A stretch of 64,000 nucleotides of DNA from the human T2T-CHM13v2.0 reference genome, Homo sapiens: NCBI RefSeq assembly GCF_009914755.1, contig NC_060936.1, one strand, 5' to 3'. Below the pieces are notes generated by a model. That model worked only from the letters and a program-made list of their open reading frames with translations, made no database searches and was not told the DNA's origin. Each line of letters begins with the position of its first letter. Within the stretch, counting starts at the first letter, position 1. Of the stretch, positions 16,852-30,631 are shown piece after piece. The position numbers and the translations under genes were made by a program.

Positions 16852-17883
16852 CTTTGTGGTTTTATCTACTTTTAGTCTTTGATGATGGTGATGTACAGAT
16901 GGGTTTTTGGTGTAAATGTCCTTTCTGCTTGTTAGTTTTCCTTCTAACAGACAGGACTCTCAGCTGCAGGTCTGTTGGAGTTTGCTAGAGGTCCACTCCA
17001 GACCCTGTTCGCCTGGGTATCAGCAGCAGTGTCTGCAGAACAGTGGTTTTTTGTGAACTGCGAATGCTGCTGTCTGATCATTCCTCTGGAAGTTTTGTCT
17101 CAGAGGAGTACCCGGCTGTGTGAGGTGTCAGTGTGCCCCTACTTGGGGGTGCCTCCCAGTTAGGCTGCTCAGGGGTCAGGGGTCAGGGACCCACTTGAGG
17201 AGGCAGTCTGCCCGTTCTCAGATCTCCAGCTGCATGCTGGGAGAACCACTGCTCTCTTCAAAACTGTCAGACAGGGACATTTAAGTCTGCAGAGGTTACT
17301 GCTGTCTTTTTGTTTGTCTGTGTCCTGCCCCCAGAGTTGGAGCCTACAGAGACAGGCAGGCCTCCTTGAGCTGTGGTGGGCTCCACCTAGTTGGAGCTTC
17401 CGGGCTGCTTTGTTTACCTAAGGAAGCCTGGGCAATCACGGGCACCCCTCCCCCAGCCTCTCTGCCGCCTTGCAGTTTGATCTCAGACTGCTGTGCTAGC
17501 AATCAGCGAGACTCCGTGAGCGTAGGACCTTCCGAGTCAGGTGCAGGATATAATCTCCTGGTGCGCCGTTTTTTAAGCCCGTCGGAAAAGCGCAGTATTT
17601 GGGTGGGAGTGACCCGATTTTCCAGGTGCCATCTGTCACCCCTTTCTTTGACTAGGAAAGGCAACTCCCTGACCCCTTGCGCTTCCCGAGTGAGGCAATG
17701 CCTCTCCCTGCTTCGGCTCGCGCACGGTGCGCTGCACCCACTGACCTGCGGCCACTGTCTGGCACTCCCTAGTGAGATGAACCCGGTACCTCAGATGGAA
17801 ATGCAGAAATCACCCGTCTTCTGTGTCGCTCACGCTGGGAGCTGTAGACAGGAGCTATTCCTATTCAGCCATCTTGGCTCCTC
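16852..17883 (-). promoter_or_regulatory. L1 5'UTR internal sense and antisense promoter region
   Basis: Canonical L1 5' end (gaggagccaagatggc on minus) with YY1 core near 17866-17878; CpGs partly decayed. Confidence 0.85.
17435..17650 (+). pseudogene. L1 ORF0 homologue with start codon mutated (ATG>ATC)
   Basis: Translation ITGTPPPASLPPCSLISDCCASNQRDSV...VGVTRFSRC matches primate L1 ORF0 (MAGAPPPASLPPCSLISDCC...). Confidence 0.85.
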
Positions 17884-20187
17884 AGCTATTTTCTTTTTTC
17901 TTCTATTCTTTTCAGCCTATGTTTTGCGTTTGCATCATGGTAATAAATAATAGCATCTAATTCTTTATCTTAGAATCTAAGAAGTGTTAAAAAATCTGTC
18001 ATGTAAAACACTAATTCTGATTACACTAGGAGCACCTAAAGTTATTTGTAAGTTAATTGAATGTGGTTTGGGAAAAAGTATCATCTGCCTTATGGCATTC
18101 ATTTGCATATTAATAAAGAAACTTTGTTCAGTAGAGACATTTTCTGATTAAATCACGAATGTAAGAGCTCACTTAGAGATTATATGATTTCAAACTATGA
18201 ACTGAAAAAGTCATAATTTCTAAAGAAAAGTCTTCTCAGACAAGCAATTTATATAAAAGAGCAAAGAAACACATTGAAGCTATTGATACCATGTCTATAC
18301 ATACCAAGAGGCAAAGAAAGCAATGTTCTAAAGCATGTTACCAAAAATTTCTGGACTTTTATTAAGAAAATTTTATCTCTAGTGATTTTTTAGAGCTTTG
18401 TGGTGGTCAGATAAGTTTCCCAATGTTCTTGCAAGGAGGGTCTTGGGAGAAAGCTGAGAGGTTATCATAGGTTGTGAGATCCTGGAACACATACCCGCTA
18501 TGGCCAGCCATGGCTATTAGGCTTTGAATTAGTAACATAAAATAATAAGAACTATTTAAACTGCTTCACATGAGGGGAAACCCTACCAATCCATATGTCT
18601 GAAGCCTACCAACAAACTTCTAGATTATTCTCTAGAGAGTTTCATTTGTAAGGTCCTTTGTCAACCTTGCTTAATTTGGATTTTTAAATAAATGGGTATA
18701 AATCATGTAGCCTGTTCTAAAACATTCTGGAAAAGTTTTCAGAAAGCTTCGTTTTCTAAAAAGATTTTATTACTTAAGAAGCCCCATTATTTAATCTAGT
18801 TGCTTCAGACCCTGCTTTGCAATTATGTAGTTTCTTTGGTTGAATTCATATTCAGCTTATTTTATGAAGATCATAATTTTGTATAACTACATTGTGGTTT
18901 TGTAATATGTCTTACATAACAGTCCTTGTGACTTGATATTCATTGACTTTTTATATTCATTATTTGACTTTTCCTTTCGGAAAAGGTACAACATTTGAAC
19001 TCAAATTATGATAGTTTCTCATTGTAAATATATGGTCATCAGTGTAAACTATTAATTAGCACCTCATGGGATTTTCTTAAGTGTCATCACATTTTTGGCT
19101 TAAATTTTTCTTCTCAAGTTACCTTTCTTTCAAAGCAGGCATAAGATATAAAAAAGGTAAGTGTTGGCTTCCTCCAATTAATAATTCTCTTTTAAACAAT
19201 GATGATACTACTGACAGTAAGTAGTAATGGTGGGTGATGTGTTTGCATTTAACCTTTTTTCTCCTCCTTTTCTCACTTGTCACTTGTAAGAGCATTCCAA
19301 CTAAGTCAAATGGAAAAAAAAAAAAAAGACTGAGGCTCAACTTGGCATCATTAAAGCACTGACCCATGTAGGGATAGGTATAGACAATGCATGAAACTTA
19401 GAGTCATATTTTATTACACTTGGAGAATTATATCCAACAACTTTCTACTGGACATCTCTACTTGAATGCTTCAGAGATATGACACACATAATAAATACTA
19501 GGTTTACTTTCTTCTTTGCTCCTCAGATCTCCCTATCTTTTCATTTTTTTCCTGTCTTGCCATTAAATACCTCTCTTGCCACCATTAAATACCTAGTTAA
19601 AACATAACCCTGGAAATTAGCCTCAATTTCTCCCTCTTGTTTAGCCTTTAATTTCATTGGAGATAAGACTCTATCCATTTTGCCTCTTAACACTTCTTGA
19701 ATTCCTCCCTTCCTTTCCATTCTCACTGCAACTACTTTGCTTCAGACCACTATGGCTTCTCTGCTAGACTTCTCTAAAAGTGCCTTGAGAGGATCCCATG
19801 CCTCTGGTCCTGTTTTTATCCAATCTATTTTTCACACCATTGTAAGAATTACCTTTATAAATCACAAATGTGACTATGTCATTTCTCTGCCAAGAATTCT
19901 TCTGTGACTTTAACTTTCTACTTCTAATAAGTCTTTAAGAGGCTTATGACACACTGTAAGAATCTTTCATATTCTAGCAACTCTTACCTCATAAGCCCTA
20001 TTTCTTGCCAATCCTTCTCCAGTTCCTTACTCAGGTCATACTTACTTTCTTGTAATCCTCAATCAAGACATTTCTATTTTTTTCCTGAACCTATGTGCAT
20101 GTACTTCTGTAAGCCTAAACATATCTTCTCTTTTTGTTTTGCTTAGCTAAATTTTATGTCTTTTTCAACATTTATGAAGGCTTTAAA

Positions 20188-20445
20188 AAATAATTTCAAC
20201 TTTTATTTTAGATTCAGAGGGTACATGTGTAGGTTTGTTACATGAATATATTGTGCATTACTGAGGCTTCAGATACTAATGATCCGGTTACCCAGGTAAT
20301 AGGCATACTATCCAACAACAGTTAGTTTTTTTCAACCCTTATCCCCAACCCCACTCTAGTAGTCCCTAGTGTCTATTATTGCCATCTTTATGTTCATGAG
20401 TACCCAAGGTTTAGCGCCCACTTATAAGTGAGAACATGCAGTTTT
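20188..20445 (-). mobile_element. L1PA15/16-like 3' end fragment
   Basis: ttcaacttttattttagattcagagggtacatgtg...cccacttataagtgagaacatgcag. Confidence 0.85.
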
Positions 20446-20541
20446 GACACTCTCTTGCTACCCTTTTGGGTTTCTATTTTATAAGTTGTTGTAAAATCTC
20501 AAATTTGCTTTGATTTGACACTTATTAAGATAAATCACAAC

Positions 20542-20892
20542 TGTATTTGTCTGTTCTCAAGCTGCTAATAAAGAAATACCCAAGATTGGGTAAATTATAA
20601 AGGAAATAGGTTTAATTGACTCACAGTTCCACATGGCTGGGGAGGCCTCACAATCATGGTGGAAGGGAAAAAAAGAAGCAAAGTCATGTCTTACATTGCA
20701 GCAGACAAGAGAGAGCTTATGTAGCGGAACTCCTATTTATAAAATCATCAGATCTTGTGAGACTTATTCACTACCATGAAAAGAGTATGGGGGAAACTGA
20801 GTCAATTATCTCCACCTGGCCCCACCCTTGACATGTAGGGATTATTACAATTCAAAGTGAGATTTGGGTGGGGACTCAGCCAAACCATATCA
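20542..20892 (-). mobile_element. THE1 (THE1B/C-like) solo LTR
   Basis: TG...CA termini, ends cagccaaaccatatca, perfect 5-bp TSD acaac (20537-20541, 20893-20897). Confidence 0.93.
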
Positions 20893-21149
20893 ACAACTGT
20901 CTTCTGCTAAACCTAAATATCCTCAACCTAGAGATTGTGTCTTTTATTTTACTTCTCACAATTTCTAGCACAGTGCTTGACAAATAGTGCACAGTCCAAA
21001 TTTATTTGTTGAATAAATGATTGAATGAATGAAACCAGATTAATTTACTTGATTTTTCTCTTCTGATTTTTCTTGATTTTGCTGTTAGAAAGTTCTTATA
21101 AAAATGCAAACAAACTCATATGCAGCACAATCAGTATGTGTCCCAAGTA

Positions 21150-21580
21150 GACAAAGGACTCCTACTTGACACTGTTCCATACATGTAGATAAATCACTTC
21201 TACATTATAATACCTACCACCATCCATGATGTTCTCCCTACTTAAGACCTCAGGAGTATTGTTGACCATTCTGCTTAATTGGTTACACCCAATATTGAAT
21301 AAGTCTTTTTGAATCTATCCTCCAAATTGCTCTTGGAGGCTTTTCCTACCTCTTCTCTTAATTCCCGTAACCACTGTATTATTCCTGCTCCCATCATTTT
21401 TCGTCTAAATTGGTTTCCCTAAATAGCTTCATATTTTCTTATCTCATTCAACCCTGTACAGTCTAGTCTCTGTAATATTACCATAGTCATAATTCTAAAA
21501 TATAAATTTATTTATATTCTGTGCTTAAAATCATCCAACAGTTCTCTAATTTCACATAGAAAAGTCAAGATTTACTTACA
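21150..21580 (+). mobile_element. L2 fragment
   Basis: Pyrimidine-rich tract resembling 19500-19950. Confidence 0.5.
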
Positions 21581-21827
21581 AGGTGTGGCAGATAAAATGT
21601 TTTATTTATATCAAATCTATTACATTTTTGTCTTTGGGCACTCCGATTAAGTCTGTTCCTCAGATTCCATTACTGATAGACAACATTTCAACATTTCAAC
21701 TGCATTGAATCTTGGATCATAACATGAGTAAACAATGTAAACTTTATTTTGTCAATCTGATGAAATTCAAAGTTTCTCTGTTAAAGCATTTACATTTACT
21801 TACACTGATTAATATATATGATAACCA

Positions 21828-22175
21828 CAGCACTGTGGTTAAGAACATGAGGTTTTAAATTACAAATGAGTCAGAGTCATGGCTCCAATATCACTACATA
21901 TGGAAATGTAGGTAAATCACTTTCTTACTCTAAGTTTGGATTTTCTTTTCTAGAAAATGGTAACTATCTCATTGTGATGTTGATAATTGAACACATAATT
22001 AGAACTCAACAAATACAGGCTATCAGTATCTACAAAACCAAGATAATAGCATTTACTTTGTATAGGATTGTTTTGAAGGTGAAGGAGGTAATCTGTGAAT
22101 AAGTATTTAATATAGTACTTGCACATTCTATTTGCTTAATTAAAACTAATACATGTGGATGTTATTATCATCATC
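21828..22175 (+). mobile_element. MIR fragments
   Basis: gtggttaagaacatg...ggtaaatcactt and taggattgttttgaagg MIR core-like motifs. Confidence 0.6.
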
Positions 22176-23799
22176 ATCAATATGAATTTTATCTTTAAAA
22201 TTCATGACAAGGTAATGCTTCAGAATGACCCTAAGCTTATTGAAACTTCAAGCAAACCAAAACTTAAATTATGGTAATTTCTCAGTTATCCAACCAACAA
22301 GGTGCTGCTTACACAAATATTATCTAGTTTTACTTTGAATGAACAAGAAATGCAGCAGTAGCAGTGACCATTTAAATCTTCAAATATTGTCCCCCTCCCC
22401 ACATACTTTATTTCTGTGAACAATTAATGAAGCACAAATTGCTTTTTGGCTGTGGAACAAGAGGAAGGAGGAGGAGTTAGTTCAAATAATGAGCAAATTA
22501 ACAATAATTACTTGAATGAAACTTGCCCTGAATGCCATATGTTTCTATTATACTTTGACAATGGTTTTAAAATCTCGGTTATGTTTAGTTTATTTGGCAA
22601 ACTGTATTTTAACATCATCTCAAAAGCTATGATCTAAGGAAGGCATAACTAAACTATATTTGGTAAAAAAGAAAAAAATGATACTACATTTTTTAAGTAT
22701 GTATAAGAACATATTTTAAATCCTCTTCACTTTCTGTTATTTCTAATTTTATGAGTCAAAAAACTCTCACAAGTACATGATTTTCACTTACAGGTACATT
22801 ATAGCATACTGAAAACTACAATTGAATTATGAATAATAGCTGTGATTTTAGAAGCTGAGAATGAAAATGAAATAGTATAATATTTACCTCTCTTTAGAGT
22901 ATATTTAGTCTAGTTAAAACATGCTGGCATAGATTTGAGCAGGTAATAACTGACTGTATTTTAAGGCTTGAGGCAAAGCCCAAGGTACTAACTCAAGCAG
23001 GTCATTAACGCACTGGTAAAAATGCTCACAGGATATATTCTGGCTTTCTATTTCTATTTGTGCATTTTATATGGTGTATTCATTATTGAAGATGCTAAAA
23101 CTACTTGGGCTAAATAACATATTTTAGCATAACTTGATAATTTATTAATTAATATTACCTTGTAAATTGACCATTTTAAATCTGTTATTCTTTAATAGTT
23201 AATTTTCCTTTTTACTATCTACCTTATTTCTTACTATAATAATGAATATCTATAGTGTTTCCACATCTTAGTTTTTAGAAGTTATGTCTATTAAGCAGAA
23301 ATACAATATTAGACTTCCCAAAAGTTTAGAGAGTTATATCTGTATTTGGCAAATACTTCCTAAATATTTATTGTTGATTAAATTACTTATCAATTATTTA
23401 TTGTTTTGACTGGGATGCCAATATATTAGTGACTTTAAGGGATTAGACAGCTGTATTTTTTAATCCTGAAAATTTTATCTGTAAGATTCAATTTATTAAA
23501 TACTAATTGAAAAAAAGTATTTTCCCTGGCTACTCTGCTGTCCTTTCTGCACACTTGAACAGGACCATTTCTCACATCCTCCCATATTTACTGGAGTTTA
23601 TTAGATGTTTAACTCCTCACTTCTCCTGGCATATATATATATTTTGCTTGTCTGAAATCAAGCCTTTTCTCATGTAAAGTATCTATCTTCCACTTATTTC
23701 TATATATGTGTACTTTTCAAGGATACCGATCCCTCCTCACCTAGAAAATTCTAATTTAAAACTTATAAAATTTTCTACTTGCCAAACCAAGAAGGGATT

Positions 23800-24260
23800 C
23801 TCTGCTGCCTGCCAGTTTGCAAATCCTGGTTATGGGATGAAGCCCAAACTTCTAAGCATGGCCTATACTGTCCTTCAACATCTGGCTGCTGCCCTCTGAC
23901 TTGGCTCATCTTACCACCACTTTGATGTGCAAATAAGACTCCAGTTGCCTCGAAATAGTTGTAACCACCTCCCTCCATCTTTTATGTAAGACTTTGTGCT
24001 CTTACACAGATTTGTCTCTCTGTCTGAATTTCCTCCCCCAGCTATTCGTTTCATATATCCCTGAGACTGGTTGGAAAACTTCTCATTCTCCAAGTAACTG
24101 TAAGTGTTACCTCCTTTGAAAAACATTTACTCAAGCCAAGTCAATGGTTTCATAAATATTGCAGAATTTCTCTTATAAAAGTAGAATTATCTACTTATCT
24201 CTGATGACTTCAATAAGACTTGTAATTCTTGAAGACATGAGTGTCTATCTATAAGCTTAG
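23800..24260 (+). mobile_element. L2 fragment
   Basis: aagcccaaacttctaagcatggcctatactgtccttcaacatctggct L2-like motif. Confidence 0.5.
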
Positions 24261-24379
24261 ATGTCTTGTTCTCATTACTTCTTACCTAGACATTGACATG
24301 AGTCTCCTAAATTAATTAATTCTTTCTGCTATGGAGTTTTATTTGTCTCACTTAATGAGACTAGTAAGGTGAACCACAA

Positions 24380-24750
24380 TGCCATCAGATACCCTGATTT
24401 TTATATTTTTAGCTTGCTTTTTTTTAGTTCAGACATATCACCTTGCAACTACAAAATGGCTGTCCTACTTCCAGCATCACAGTTATATTCTGGGCAAGAA
24501 GCACAAGAGCAGCAGGAGGTAAAAGTGTATGTCCTGGCCAGATTAGTTCTCTTTAGAGACTTTTTTCTCAAAAAATCAAATATTTTCTCTCTATTATATA
24601 TGATTGGACAAAACTATGTTACATAAACGTTTCTAGCTTCCAGGGAGAGCTAGAAAATGATAAATTCTTAGTCGGTCCATTTTCACCCTGAATAAAACTG
24701 GGTTTTCTTAGTAAGGAAGGAAAGAATGACTATTGGCTTACTTGCAGATA
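24380..24750. mobile_element. MLT1J/K-like MaLR LTR fragment
   Basis: caaaatggctgtcctacttccagcatcaca...attggacaaaactatgttacat...ctagcttccagggagagctagaaaatg. Confidence 0.55.
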
Positions 24751-25956
24751 TCCTGGTCCTCATTATTTAAACTTCTCTTTGTTCTTCTCAGGGTGTTTCC
24801 ACACAATAAGTTGAATACATTTTTATAGATCAACTGGATGATTTTAAGAGAAAAACCATGAAAGAACAATAATTAATCACCAAGAAAAATAAAAAGAAAA
24901 AATGAGAAGAACAGTTTCATTTCTAGAGTTAATTTCCAGTATATGGAAACATAGGCTTATCTTTGGAGGGAACAGCACACACCACAGGAATGCCAAGTAC
25001 CTATAGGATGGTGATACCATACATGACATGACTGAGAAAGTTCTTCTTTTCTGGAGTCCTAGCTAGGTTCAGCTCAGTTTTCTTGGTAGTGTTTTTCAGG
25101 ATAGCCCCATCCCAACTGGTTTGGCCTGTTTCCCTTTTTCTTGTAGGTGTTTTCCTTTCTTGATGGTATCTATTTTGCTACTTACAAATAGGCGGTAATG
25201 GATTAATACCAGACATCACTCAAGTAACATATTAACACTTTAACAGTAGGCTTTTATATAAGGAAATTATTAAATCTCAGTTTCTGGATATGTCCATGGC
25301 AGGAATAGTGGTGGGTGGGTATGATTTTTAATAACCTCCAACTCATAAGCATAGACAGTGTTCACACTGGGTCAGTTTGTTTTGCCCCCTGAGATATTTA
25401 GGATAGTCGACTTTATCTGGATCTCTCCCTTCCCCTAGGTGGCACTACATTTAGATGCATGCTCCACCAGTGCTAGATTTGTTCTATGAAACCATTTGTA
25501 AATCACAGTTGAATAATTGCTCTTTCTTTCCCTTCCCTTAAGCTCTTACGATGCATAGAGTGCCTAGAAAACCCACACAAAATTACTATCCATTCTACAG
25601 AGCACCAATCTCATGGAATAGAAGTTTCCTTAATGATTTTGTCCTTCTCTGGGAACCTATCTGTGAGTTCTAGAGAACTCACACCACAAAGAAAACTGTC
25701 TGCTCTGAATATGCCGGATCCACTCAATGCTGAAGTGTGTTCTCTGCTTCATTGGCGGCCTGATGATTGCAGCACTCTCATAACCAGTCTTCTGATACCC
25801 AAGCTCTCAACTCTCATCTCTCATCACCTTACCATCAGGAAACATTCTGAAACAAGCATCTGAAACACATGATTCTCAATGCTTTATGCTGGTTAATGAT
25901 TCTTTATTGTTTAAAATATTTAAGCATGGTATCAAATGTTGCTCAAAAGCTGACCA

Positions 25957-26627
25957 CTGTTTTGATACCAGTACCATGCTGTTTTGGTTACTGTAGCCTT
26001 GTAGTATAGTTTGAAGTCAGGTAGCGTGATGCCTCCAGCTTTGTTCTTTTGGCTTAGGATTGACTTGGCAATGCGGGCTCTTTTTTGATTCCATGTGAAC
26101 TTTAAAGTAGTTTTTTCCAATTCTGTGAAGAAAGTCATTGGTAGCTTCATGGGGATGGCATTGAATCTATAAATTACCTTGGGCAGTGACCAATGGAACA
26201 GAACAGAGCCCTCAGAAATAATACCACACATCTACAACCATCCGATCTTTGACAAACCTGACAAAAACAAGAAATGGGGAAAGGATTCCTTATTTAATAA
26301 ATGGTGCTGAGAAAACTGGCTAGCCATTAGGTAGAAAGCTGAAACTGGAATGCTTCCCTACACCTTATACAAAAATTAATTCAAGATGGATTAAAGACTT
26401 AAATATTAGACCTAAAACCATAAAAACCCTAGAAGAAAACCTAGGCAATACCATTCAGGACATAGGCATGAGCAAGGACTTCATGACTAAAACACCAAAA
26501 GCAATGGCAACAAAAGCCAAAATTGACAAATGGGATCTAATTAAACTAAAGAGCTTCTACACAGCAAAAGAAACTACCATCATAGTGAACAGGCAACCTA
26601 CAGAATGGGAGAAAATTGTTGCAATCT
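25957..26627 (+). mobile_element. 5'-inverted L1PA4-6-like fragment (inverted 25957-26187, sense 26188-26627), 3' end missing
   Basis: ORF2 peptides on both strands ([12 protein letters not shown]... on minus; [14 protein letters not shown]... on plus). Confidence 0.93.
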
Positions 26628-26860
<233 letters not shown>

Positions 26861-29460
26861 ATTCTCACCAATAATCTAATACCTGAATTAGATCTCACTG
26901 AACTAACTTCCTCATTTTAGGAGCAGTACTTACCATTGAGATCCCCAAGTTACACAAGCAGTGAGTCCTATTGTTGATATGTAAGCATAGGTATTTTGAC
27001 TCCAAGTGGTGTCAAAATTTTTTCGACTTTTTAGAAAAAGTAGAGGCTCACAGTGTCAGAACAAACTCGGCTGCTGAATGTGAATTCCTCCAATTTGCCA
27101 TCCTTTCCTGCTGAACAAAGGAGGTAATTCTGTACTAAGACTCTTCTTACTGATAGATGTGGTCCACAGTCTATGGTCCTGACCTGGGACTTGCCATGAA
27201 CTTCTTGGCTTCCAGACCTTGCAGTTCATAAGTAACAAAGGCCAGAGATTTGTAGTATTGTTGTGGGAGAAGGCATCCTGATTCTCAATAATAATACATT
27301 AGTTCTCAGTAATAATAAATCGATGGACAGTTGGGAACCAAAGAATCCAGGGTTAGTGATGAGATACTAGAACATTCAGCTATTTTCAGGACATAGTGAG
27401 TTCACTTGAGAGTTCTCTATAGAGAAGTTTCATACTCTTATAACTATCTGTCTTCAAATGGAGATCAGATAAAAAGGGTAGGCAGAGTAACTTGCGAGGA
27501 ATGAATAGCCTTTTTTCCCCTCTATTTCTTTAGCTCATATAGAACTCTGAGTTGTCAATCTTGCGTATATACATCATGCAAAATCAACTTTGTTTCGGAG
27601 CTCCGTGGCAGATTCTCATTGTCTTTTTATCAAGAAAAATAAAACATTTTGCTATTATATTTACAATAGCTATGTTTCAAGCTTTTATACTTTTTCTATT
27701 CTATTTTTCATTTTTGCACTTCAGAGTGCAAAGGCATGTTTCACAGCATTGTAAAAAAAAAATACATATCATCTAATTCCTCTAACTTCCCATATCTTGA
27801 CTAAAACTCTGTGTAAGCATAAGGTACCATCTTACATTGTCACTCTATGTACTTCTGGCTCTGAACCATCTTTCCTGTTCCTGAGAGATACTCAGAAAAA
27901 TAATAGGGCGTCTTCCAGATGATTATGTGTCTGTGGGAAGCGGGTTAGGGAACACTAGACATTGTTTGTAACCTCTAACAATCCATTATTCATAAGCATG
28001 GGGTATTTGAAGAGCTGTCTTTCATGATTAAGAGATGTTTTCATTTTAATGGTCTCATATGTCCTCATAAATGCGTAGGCAGCACTTATATTCCATCATG
28101 ACAGAGATTTCTGGGCTATAAAAATACATATGGTTTTATTTTGTCTAATAGTTTTCATCATTGTCAATATTCTATTTCATAGCATAAAGCTCCACAATGT
28201 TAGGTATTTGCAGCAGGAGGTCGATTAAATATATACACACCACTTTGACATTCTTATGTTCTCTTCTAAAACAAGACAAAAAGTAAATGCAAAAAGATAT
28301 AAAAGAGTGCAGGTAAAAATGAAAGAACAAGCAGCGTGAGATGATTCCAAAGTTAAGTTTTAGAAAAGATTTTTTTAAAATAGCTCTTATTTTAATTCGT
28401 GATTTAAATATAACATGTTCAGTATTTTACTTCTTAGAGATGTAATGAGAGTTAAATTAGACTATCTGAAAAGCACATCAAAGTTTGTATTTAACCCCTA
28501 TTAAAAATACTATTTCTTACTGATAATTTTTCAATTTTGATTTGTAACCTAACCTAATAAAAAGACTGATTTTATTTTTATGACTGCAAACATACTATTC
28601 AAAAAGACAATGGCATTCATTTTGTGGAGTCTACATTCTGTCATACAGTGGTATGCAATATTATAGTGGGTAAAGAGAATTCCATTTTAGAGAGGCTTGG
28701 TTATGTTTATGAAAACTATGCTCATTCAGTGTACTGCTTTCATACATTTAATTCCCATGTAAAATTCATTAGGACACATTATGCTGTGAGAAACTTGGAA
28801 AGCATATTTTTCTGTTTTCGGTCCTGGAGCACATTTGTCATAAGTGCATGCGTTGGACATTTTCTATTCCGTTTCACTTTTATTTATAATTCTTACACAA
28901 CCTTTTTGGAAGTGGCATTGAGTTTCACAATTTAGATTGTTTAGTGGAAGTTCACTGGCTACATTCCAAAATCTAATTACTTGGCTTAATTGAAAAACTT
29001 TTAGATTTGCGCTGGCTGGCATTTTCTTACTCCATAGATAATAGGTTAGTTTTTCTCCTCAAAGTAAACCTCCTTCCCAAACCAAGCACACACCTACAAC
29101 ACGTAGTTGAGCTGTGACTGCCTCCTGCTTATAATTACCAACAAAATAGAGGAAAGTCACAGGTTCTCCCTTCCTGAAGTGTTGCTAATAGAACATCTCA
29201 ATCTTAGAAGGAAAAAAATGTTTGCTAGAATTTGGAACTAACAAATTGTCAAGATGCCATAATATGAAAGTAAGTTTCCATTTCACTTCAAAATATTTCA
29301 GCACTTTGTAAGTTTTGCTCAGAGTGATGGGTTAAAAATATTTTCTATAAACAAATATGGGACATAGTCATTTGACATTTAATAGAGCATATGCAATTAT
29401 TTACATTTCCTGAAAGAGAAAATAGGAAAAACAACTTTCGGGGCATATACAGTATTCCAT

Positions 29461-29868
29461 TGTCTTAATCTATTGTGTACTGCTGTAAAAAAATACCACA
29501 GACTGAGTAATTTATAATGAAAATAAATTTATTTGGCTCATAATTCTGGAGGCTGAGAAGTCCAAGACTGAGGGTCTACATCTGATAAGGGCCGTCTTGC
29601 TCGGTCATCCCATGGCAGAAGATGGAAAAGCAGAAGAGAACACGTAAGAGAACACATGAGAGGGAGGAAGGGAAGGCCAAATTTGAAATGATAACAAATG
29701 CACTGTCATGATAAGAAACCTTGCCCTGCAATAATGACATTACTCTATTCATAATAACAGAGCTCTGGTAACCTAATCACCTCTTAAAGGTCTCACCTCT
29801 CAACACTATTACACTGGGGATTAAGTTTCCAATGCATGGATTCTGGGGGACGCATTCAAACCACAGCA
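29461..29868 (-). mobile_element. MST-family (MSTC/D-like) solo LTR
   Basis: TG...CA termini, ends cattcaaaccacagca, 4/5 TSD tccat/tcaat. Confidence 0.85.
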
Positions 29869-30080
29869 TCAATGTTCTGTTGAAACTTTACATTTTAGAA
29901 TAAAAGGAAAATCTAAATTTTTATTTCTTACCAGAGTATATGATAATGGAGAAAATTATAAAAATCATAATTAATTAAACAGCTGCTTAAATTCAACCCA
30001 TGAGTCTATTAGAATAAAATAAAATTTGTTGAGGACATGTTAGTGCATGGCTACCACTGGCAATCAATTTCACATACTAT

Positions 30081-30585
30081 TTCTTTCTAAATTTATTGAG
30101 GTATATTTGACAAATAAAACATGTATGTATTTAAGCTGTACAACCTGATGTCATGATATATGTATGCACTATAAACTGCTCACGATCAAACTAAGTGATA
30201 TATCAATCACCTCAAATACCTTTTTATTGGACTGATAACACTTAAGATCAACTCTCTTAGCACATTTCAAGTATACAATACATTGTTGTTAACTAGAGTC
30301 ACAGTGCTATATGTTAGATCTACAGAAATTATTGTTCTGTGTAACTAAAACTTTATACCCTTTGATTAACATTTCCCCACTTCTCTCAGCCTCTGGGCTT
30401 TGGAAACCACTGTTCTACTCTCTGCAATTATGAGTTTGACTTTTTAAAACTTCACATGTAAGAGAAATCATGCAGTATTAGTTTTTGTGTGTCTGGCTTA
30501 TTCTACTTAATATAATGTCTTCTAGGTTCATCCATGTTGTTGAAAATGGCAGTATTTCCTTCTTTTGAATGCCGAATATTCCATT

Positions 30586-30631
<46 letters not shown>

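Larger units (their letters stand above)
19420..21035 (+). mobile_element. L2 LINE 3' part, interrupted by L1 and THE1 insertions
   Basis: ctactggacatctctacttgaatg motif; terminates in the L2 tail ttgttgaataaatgattgaatgaatga. Confidence 0.75.

Noticed and set aside
24765-25200. Strong-looking splice acceptors (ttcttctcag, ttcttgtag)
   Set aside because: No convincing donor or frame; common by chance in T-rich DNA
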